Shown here: piece by piece, positions 59,165 to 64,000 of the stretch | Layout: each line of letters opens with the position of its first letter | How positions within the stretch are numbered: position 1 is the stretch's first letter | NCBI GenBank assembly: GCA_964507625.1 | Contig: CAZDPR010000002.1 | Location: 368 to 64,367, forward strand | Reading direction: 5' to 3' | DNA length: 64,000 nucleotides | Source: an uncultured Candidatus Saccharibacteria bacterium | GTDB lineage: Bacteria; Patescibacteriota; Minisyncoccia; Phycocordibacterales; UBA1006 | Made by a program: the position numbers and the translations under genes | Notes under the pieces: generated by a model | Database searches by the model: none | Told to the model about the DNA's origin: nothing | The model's input: the letters and a program-made list of their open reading frames with translations, nothing else

Positions 59165-59188
59165 GGTTCTGGCTCAAGGACGCCAGCC
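59165..59188. repeat. Right copy of the 24-nt direct repeat
   Basis: GGTTCTGGCTCAAGGACGCCAGCC; see the left copy. Confidence 0.45.
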
Positions 59189-59420
59189 CAAATTTAAAAT
59201 TCGTTTTTTCCAATAAAATCCTGATGCGGAATTCTGAAAGCGGGCTCGGTTTTGCGAAACAATTTTGCGGGAAAGGATTCGCAAAACCTCGGTTAATTTT
59301 CTTCGCCAGCATTTTGGATTCGCCGTGCATTCCTCCGGCACCCTCCTGCAATGAAAAGATTTTTAATTTTACATCTAAAGCTACTGAAAAAGGAAGGTAA
59401 TTCTTTATTTTTTCAATCAA

Positions 59421-59446
59421 AAACCCCGTTTGGTAGGGGTTTTTTA
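59421..59446 (+). terminator. Strong Rho-independent terminator
   Basis: AAAACCCC-gtttggta-GGGGTTTTTT. Confidence 0.6.
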
Positions 59447-59575
59447 TTTCCTGAAACATATGTAATGATTAAAAACTTAAACCATAATAACTCTTGTCAA
59501 AAAAAATTAATTGATTATATTACCAGCCTTATCATACATTGTTCGCCTATTTAAAATACCAAGTATCTCCTTTTC

Positions 59576-59935
59576 CTAAAGATGGGTTAATTCGATTTTT
59601 TGATCATTAGTAAGCACGTGACTATTAGTAATAGTATTCATGATTTCGTGTGCACTAGCATTTTTTGCTTCTTGCAATTCAAGTACCCCTATATGATTTC
59701 GCATACCAGAAAAATTTGATTCAAGGATATTTTTAAATTCTATTATTTTATTTCTCAAATCATCATATGTTTTTTTGTTGAGATTTTCGGCACTAATTTT
59801 TATTTGGAATCCTTCATTCATATATTTTGTAGAATTATTTAGTAATATGATAATTATAATACATATGTTAATTTTTGTATAATAGTATTGAAATACTATT
59901 TTTATGGAAATAAAATAATCTAAGTCTATTTCCAA
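59576..59935 (-). CDS. Hypothetical protein
   Basis: ORF only; the N-terminal 40 aa are low complexity, so the likely true start is the internal MNEGFQ. Confidence 0.25.
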   Translation of the reverse strand: MEIDLDYFISIKIVFQYYYTKINICIIIIILLNNSTKYMNEGFQIKISAENLNKKTYDDLRNKIIEFKNILESNFSGMRNHIGVLELQEAKNASAHEIMNTITNSHVLTNDQKIELTHL

Positions 59936-60009
59936 TATAGAAAAAACATATAAAACTTCTACTTTACAAGATTTTTCTATAAATCACATAAAAACACCAA
60001 AGGGTGTTT

Positions 60010-60942
60010 TTATTTTGTAAGATATTTGCGAATTGCAAAAATACTTGATAATGCACCGAGAATAATTCCTACAATGAGTAAAATAATAAAGATTTGTAAG
60101 AAATTATCGCCATAATATTTTATAAGTGACAATCCACCGAAAAATCCAGTGGTATATTTTGAAACCCATAGAGTAATTGGGAATAAAATAATAGTGGTAG
60201 CGACTGCAGCAAAAACTCCAGATAATATACCCTCCACCATAAATGGTCCTTGAATATATTTATTTTCAGCTCCAACTAATCGCATAATACTAATTTCTTC
60301 TCGTGCGCTATAAATCGCCATACGAATTGTGTTCAGGGTTACTACAATAGAAATCGCAATAAATACAATAGTGAGCGCAAAACCGATTTGTTTTACAGTT
60401 GCCGTAACATCAGTTAATCGACTAATAATTTCTTTATTTTGATAGTAATTTACCTTTTCAATGAGTGAAAGATTTACAGAAGAGTCAGATACATTTGATC
60501 CATCCAAAAATTGTACAATGGTTTCATATTGACCTGGGTTTTGTGCGCGCACATTGAGTGCTGCTCCGAATGGATTTGATCCTAATTCGTCCAATGCTTG
60601 GATTGTCAGGTAATCAGCTTGGTTTCGTTCGCGGAAATCAATAAGTGACTGATCGCGTGAAATATATTCCACTGCAGCAACTTCTGGGAGCCCTTCCAAA
60701 GCTGTTTGAATCGCTAATACTTGTGTTTCAGGTGCGCTCGGATAAAAATAAATATTTACATCTACTTTACTTTCTATATTGCTAACCGTAAAAGAAAGAA
60801 TTGCATTCAAAAAAATAGTAGACCCGATTACCAGTAATGTGATACACATCATTACTACTGAAGCAATCGAAACAAATGTGTTTCGATAAAAATTAATCAA
60901 TCCTGATTTAATAATTCGTTTGATATCGTTCGTAAAGCTCAT
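60010..60942 (-). CDS. ftsX: Cell-division ABC transporter permease FtsX
   Basis: N-terminal TM, large periplasmic loop, three C-terminal TMs; directly downstream of ftsE. Confidence 0.75.
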   Translation of the reverse strand: MSFTNDIKRIIKSGLINFYRNTFVSIASVVMMCITLLVIGSTIFLNAILSFTVSNIESKVDVNIYFYPSAPETQVLAIQTALEGLPEVAAVEYISRDQSLIDFRERNQADYLTIQALDELGSNPFGAALNVRAQNPGQYETIVQFLDGSNVSDSSVNLSLIEKVNYYQNKEIISRLTDVTATVKQIGFALTIVFIAISIVVTLNTIRMAIYSAREEISIMRLVGAENKYIQGPFMVEGILSGVFAAVATTIILFPITLWVSKYTTGFFGGLSLIKYYGDNFLQIFIILLIVGIILGALSSIFAIRKYLTK

Positions 60943-60950
60943 ATAGGTTA

Positions 60951-61658
60951 TTATTCATCCTGGACAACTTTTTTTGTTGCTCCATGATATTTTCCATTTA
61001 ATTCATCACTAATAATACGACCGTGATCCAAAGTAATTACTCGTTTTCCGAGTCCATCCACTACACTTTTGCTGTGTGTGGTGAGTAATACAGTAGTTCC
61101 TAGGTCATTAATTTTTTTCAAAATACCAATTACCTCAGCTGTTGCTACCGGGTCGAGATTTCCTGTAGGTTCATCGGCAATAATTAATTCTGGTTGATTA
61201 ATAATTGCTCGCGCAATTGCCAAGCGTTGTTTTTCACCTCCTGACATTTCATGAGGAAAATCATAAGCTTTATGTGACAATCCTACCAATTCTAATGCAT
61301 ATGGAACATCGGTAATAATTTCATCATCTGTTTTTCCTGCAACCTCCATGGCAAATGCTACATTTTCATATGCAGTTTTATTTGTGAGCAATCGATAATC
61401 TTGAAATATAACACCGATCCTCCGTCGATATGCAGTTAAATCAGAACCCTTTAGCTTACTAATATCCTGATCTTCAAAAAAAATAGTCCCATTAGTTAAT
61501 TTTGTTTCTGCTAACAATAATCGCATAAGACTGGTTTTCCCCGCGCCACTATGACCGACCACACAGACAAATTCACCGCGTTCAATAGTGAGATCCATAT
61601 TCGTAATAGAAAGATCTTTATCAGTGTAATGTTTTGTCACATTGTTAAAATAAATCAT
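60951..61658 (-). CDS. ftsE: Cell-division ATP-binding protein FtsE
   Basis: Walker A GHSGAGKTS, signature MSGGEKQRLAIARA, Walker B IIADEPTGNLD. Confidence 0.85.
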   Translation of the reverse strand: MIYFNNVTKHYTDKDLSITNMDLTIERGEFVCVVGHSGAGKTSLMRLLLAETKLTNGTIFFEDQDISKLKGSDLTAYRRRIGVIFQDYRLLTNKTAYENVAFAMEVAGKTDDEIITDVPYALELVGLSHKAYDFPHEMSGGEKQRLAIARAIINQPELIIADEPTGNLDPVATAEVIGILKKINDLGTTVLLTTHSKSVVDGLGKRVITLDHGRIISDELNGKYHGATKKVVQDE

Positions 61659-61742
61659 ATAGACTCAAGTATACCGTGCACGCTACACCATTGGCAAGCA
61701 AGTTATGCACAGGTCCAATAATTTCTATGAATACAAAAAAGA

Positions 61743-61775
61743 CAGCGGGAAATGATCGACATTTCCCGCTGTCGC
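61743..61775. terminator. Perfect 14-bp hairpin (first of three consecutive hairpins upstream of tRNA-Glu)
   Basis: GACAGCGGGAAATG-atcga-CATTTCCCGCTGTC; followed by GACCCTAAATCAATTGATTTAGGGTC and GGAATAAAAGAAA/TTTCTTTTATTCC dyads. Confidence 0.4.
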
Positions 61776-61889
61776 TTGAAAAACTACTCTTTTTCCGTAT
61801 ACTAAATTTTACGACCCTAAATCAATTGATTTAGGGTCATCGCTCCTTGGAAATAAAAGAAAAGATTTCTTTTATTCCTCTCAGAGCTT

Positions 61890-61961
61890 GGCCCTATCGT
61901 CTATCGGTTAGGACGCATCCTTCTCAAGGATGAAAGCCGGGTTCAATTCCCGGTAGGGTCA
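61890..61961 (+). tRNA. tRNA-Glu (anticodon CTC), no encoded CCA
   Basis: Manual fold: acceptor GGCCCTA/TAGGGTC, D arm GTCT-ATCGGTTA-GGAC, anticodon stem CATCC/GGATG with loop TTCTCAA, 4-nt variable loop, T arm CCGGG-TTCAATT-CCCGG, discriminator A. Confidence 0.65.
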
Positions 61962-62082
61962 CAGAGTCGAGTGCTAGTTCGAGCGCTCGAGAATGGTTGT
62001 TTTTTATAAAAAAACTGACTATATTTATAGTCAGTTTACATAAGGATTATTACATTTCAATGCAGAACTTGAGTTATCGTTT

Positions 62083-62424
62083 TTAACAACCAAAGAACAT
62101 TAGCTTTAAAGAGAGATATCTTATTCTAGAACATTTTTCTATCCACTGATTTAGGGATTTCCTCAAGTTGTCTGGAATTTCTTTGGCTAAATCACTTAAA
62201 GTCTCGTCATTCCATATTGGGTCAGCGTAATTCCAACTTGATTTAATGAGTAATTCTTTGTAGCGCAAAAGATATTGCTGATAACGAGAATCATCTTTAG
62301 TGTCTTTAATAGCAGCCCAAACCACTTCAAGATTTCTAGCATTATCTTCTAAAAAATCTCTGAGCTCATCTTTACTAGATTGCAGGTTTGATAACAACCC
62401 ACGAATTTCATACTTATTTTCCAT
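62083..62424 (-). CDS. Hypothetical protein
   Basis: 113 aa helical protein, no recognisable motif. Confidence 0.3.
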   Translation of the reverse strand: MENKYEIRGLLSNLQSSKDELRDFLEDNARNLEVVWAAIKDTKDDSRYQQYLLRYKELLIKSSWNYADPIWNDETLSDLAKEIPDNLRKSLNQWIEKCSRIRYLSLKLMFFGC

Positions 62425-62607
62425 ATTTATTTGTTTAAGTTACAAAATTATTTTTTAAACATTATATCAAATATTCATTTTTTGTAAAGTATTTGCTCGA
62501 CGCTCGAGAAGGGTCGTTTCTGCTATACTGAAAAGGTCAAGAAAGCCTTGTGGTGCAATGCGTCCTTGGGTCGCATCTCGATTAGGCTCACCTAAAGAAA
62601 CTAAAAA

Positions 62608-62640
62608 ACCGCTTACTTACGATTGCGGTTTTTTATTTAA
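62608..62640. terminator. Bidirectional terminator
   Basis: AAACCGC-ttacttacgatt-GCGGTTTTTT. Confidence 0.5.
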
Positions 62641-63059
62641 TCACTACTGCGTCCAATATATAACAACAATAACGCATACACCAAATGATCATCTACTAAT
62701 GGATTATTTTCTGGCCACAAAAGCGCTAAATACATTAAAACTAGCATCACTGCACCTGCTAACGCTCCCCATTTTACATATCGATGAATTAGTAAGGTTA
62801 TCCCTACGAACAATAATCCAGCCATAAACACCCAATCAACCCAGAACTGCCCTGCTAACCCAGAAAAAAATGATGCGAACGGCCCCTGAACAGCGTTCGT
62901 TAAAAATCCAGTAGTAGGTGAGCCTCCATTAATCCATGCATTAGATTGTAGTGTCGCAAACCCTAATCCAAAAGTTTTATCCAAAAAGGCCCAGAAAAAA
63001 ATAAACCCCATTGATAATCGTAAACTAGCAAGTAAAAAAGAGTGTGAAAAGATTTTCAT
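62637..63059 (-). CDS. DoxX-like small membrane protein
   Basis: 140 aa, four TM segments, RLSMGFIFFWAFLDKTFG start typical of DoxX-family. Confidence 0.4.
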   Translation of the reverse strand: MKIFSHSFLLASLRLSMGFIFFWAFLDKTFGLGFATLQSNAWINGGSPTTGFLTNAVQGPFASFFSGLAGQFWVDWVFMAGLLFVGITLLIHRYVKWGALAGAVMLVLMYLALLWPENNPLVDDHLVYALLLLYIGRSSD

Positions 63060-63100
63060 AAAATAATTATATAATGCAAAAATTTTTTTTGCAATATAAA

Positions 63101-64000
63101 TTACCGTAAAAAATTTTTATCACGCATTTTTGTATGATATCCAATAGCAAACCGATGCGCTTCACTGTTTACAAGTAAAATTTCTTTTTTATATTGTTTG
63201 ATAATTTTTTCATTACCAATAATTGCTTTTGGTTTATGTCGATCATCTTTCACTACTGCGACAACGGGAATAATCGCTCCTATTTTTTTTACAATTTCTG
63301 TCGCATAACGATGATGTACTTCCCCACCATCCACTACAATTAATTGTGGAAATTTCCATTCTGTATGTGTAAACCTTCGTTCTAATATTTCCTGTAAACT
63401 TGCTAAATCATGAATTGATCCGTTAGTAAGTTTTTTTATTTTAAATTTTCGATAACTTGACTTGTCAACGTAACCATGTTCAACAACCGTCATTACCCCT
63501 ACGGTACTTTGTCCAGATAAATGAGCAATATCGTAACTTTCAATTCTAAAGCTATTTTCTGTTTCTTCATTGTAAAAATCTCTTTTAATTAGTGACACAT
63601 CATTAATATGTTCTAATGCGTATAATTGTTTTTTAATATGACTCGCTTGTTCAAATTGTTGTTTTTTTGCGTGGTAGCGCATTTGTTTTTCCAGTTCACG
63701 AATCACACCTTTTTTATTGCCTTCTAAAAATTTTACAATGTTTCCAACAGTTTTCAAATAAGTTTTTTGTGTTTCTGCATTGGTCGCATCTGGAGCAAGT
63801 GATAACTGTTGATAAAACCGATCATGCACCGGATTATGACTTTTCAAATCTCGATAGGGAAAAATTTTTCTCACAATTTTTAATCCTGCCAGCAATGATG
63901 AATAACTAGGAAAAGGTCCGAAAGTGTGTTTTATTTTTACTGATAACAATGCAATTTGTTTTTGAATCTGGAGTGTTCGTCCACGCACAACACCAATTCT
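63101..64000 (-). CDS. uvrC: Excinuclease ABC subunit C (C-terminal part; gene continues beyond window end)
   Basis: RNase-H-like endonuclease domain motifs RIESYDIAHLSGQSTVGVMTV...YRKFKIK and DDRH; the N-terminal GIY-YIG part would lie past 64000. Confidence 0.65.
   Translation of the reverse strand, partial: RIGVVRGRTLQIQKQIALLSVKIKHTFGPFPSYSSLLAGLKIVRKIFPYRDLKSHNPVHDRFYQQLSLAPDATNAETQKTYLKTVGNIVKFLEGNKKGVIRELEKQMRYHAKKQQFEQASHIKKQLYALEHINDVSLIKRDFYNEETENSFRIESYDIAHLSGQSTVGVMTVVEHGYVDKSSYRKFKIKKLTNGSIHDLASLQEILERRFTHTEWKFPQLIVVDGGEVHHRYATEIVKKIGAIIPVVAVVKDDRHKPKAIIGNEKIIKQYKKEILLVNSEAHRFAIGYHTKMRDKNFLR

Larger units (their letters stand above)
53546..59188. mobile_element. Putative integrated copper-resistance island bounded by 24-nt direct repeats, with recombinase pseudogene at the right end
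   Basis: G+C visibly higher than in flanking DNA (by eye on sampled lines); direct repeats at both ends; cargo csoR-copB-TM-DUF305-YVTN::DUF411; degraded serine recombinase adjacent to the right repeat. Confidence 0.4.

Noticed and set aside
59100-59459. 119-aa minus-strand ORF across the GC-rich hairpin-dense segment
   Set aside because: The translation is featureless. The segment has extensive nucleotide-level dyads, a repeat shared with 53546-53569, and a plus-strand terminator, so it is better explained as non-coding.
1-64000. CRISPR arrays, rRNA genes, IS elements with terminal inverted repeats
   Set aside because: No periodic short direct repeats, rRNA-like conserved blocks or transposase ORFs were seen. 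The ORF-free stretches are all under 600 bp and are accounted for as promoters, terminators, tRNAs or the riboswitch.

Overview
Low-GC (about 30% by eye), gene-dense bacterial window with a reduced, Patescibacteria/CPR-like gene content; the CPR assignment is an inference from gene content and style, not a search result. It has short PheS/PheT and AspS, many translation and ribosomal genes, and a minimal cell-wall cluster (scpA-scpB-mraY-ftsW-murG).

Housekeeping genes occupy 1-40 kb and 59.5-64 kb: yqeY-like, obg, gatB, pheS, pheT, rplY, rpmE, prfA, prmC, rsmI, ctpA, rplI, rpmA, bcp, gltX, murG, ftsW, mraY, scpAB, aspS, rluB, trpS, rlmB, ftsEX, tRNA-Gln(CTG), tRNA-Glu(CTC) and a partial uvrC.

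Between tRNA-Gln (39.9 kb) and ftsX (60 kb) lies a roughly 19-kb accessory/mobile block:
- (i) an XRE-HTH-coupled Type III R-M system (mod/res) converging on a large serine recombinase;
- (ii) metK preceded by a SAM-I (S-box) riboswitch;
- (iii) a lexA-like/umuC-like SOS mutagenesis operon with dyad operators and a divergent small membrane protein;
- (iv) a phage remnant (terminase-small-like HTH, ParB-MTase fusion, GIY-YIG/T5orf172);
- (v) a visibly GC-richer roughly 5.6-kb copper-resistance island (csoR, CopB-type CPH P1B-ATPase, DUF305, YVTN beta-propeller::DUF411/CopG fusion) bounded by imperfect 24-nt direct repeats, ending in a serine-recombinase pseudogene that is paralogous to the intact recombinase.

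Other oddities: an MNT-type nucleotidyltransferase plus MTase-fold gene pair wedged between pheS and pheT, a GC-rich single-gene islet at 31.7 kb, and an MliC lysozyme-inhibitor/secreted CAP-protein neighbourhood. No CRISPR array or rRNA gene was seen.
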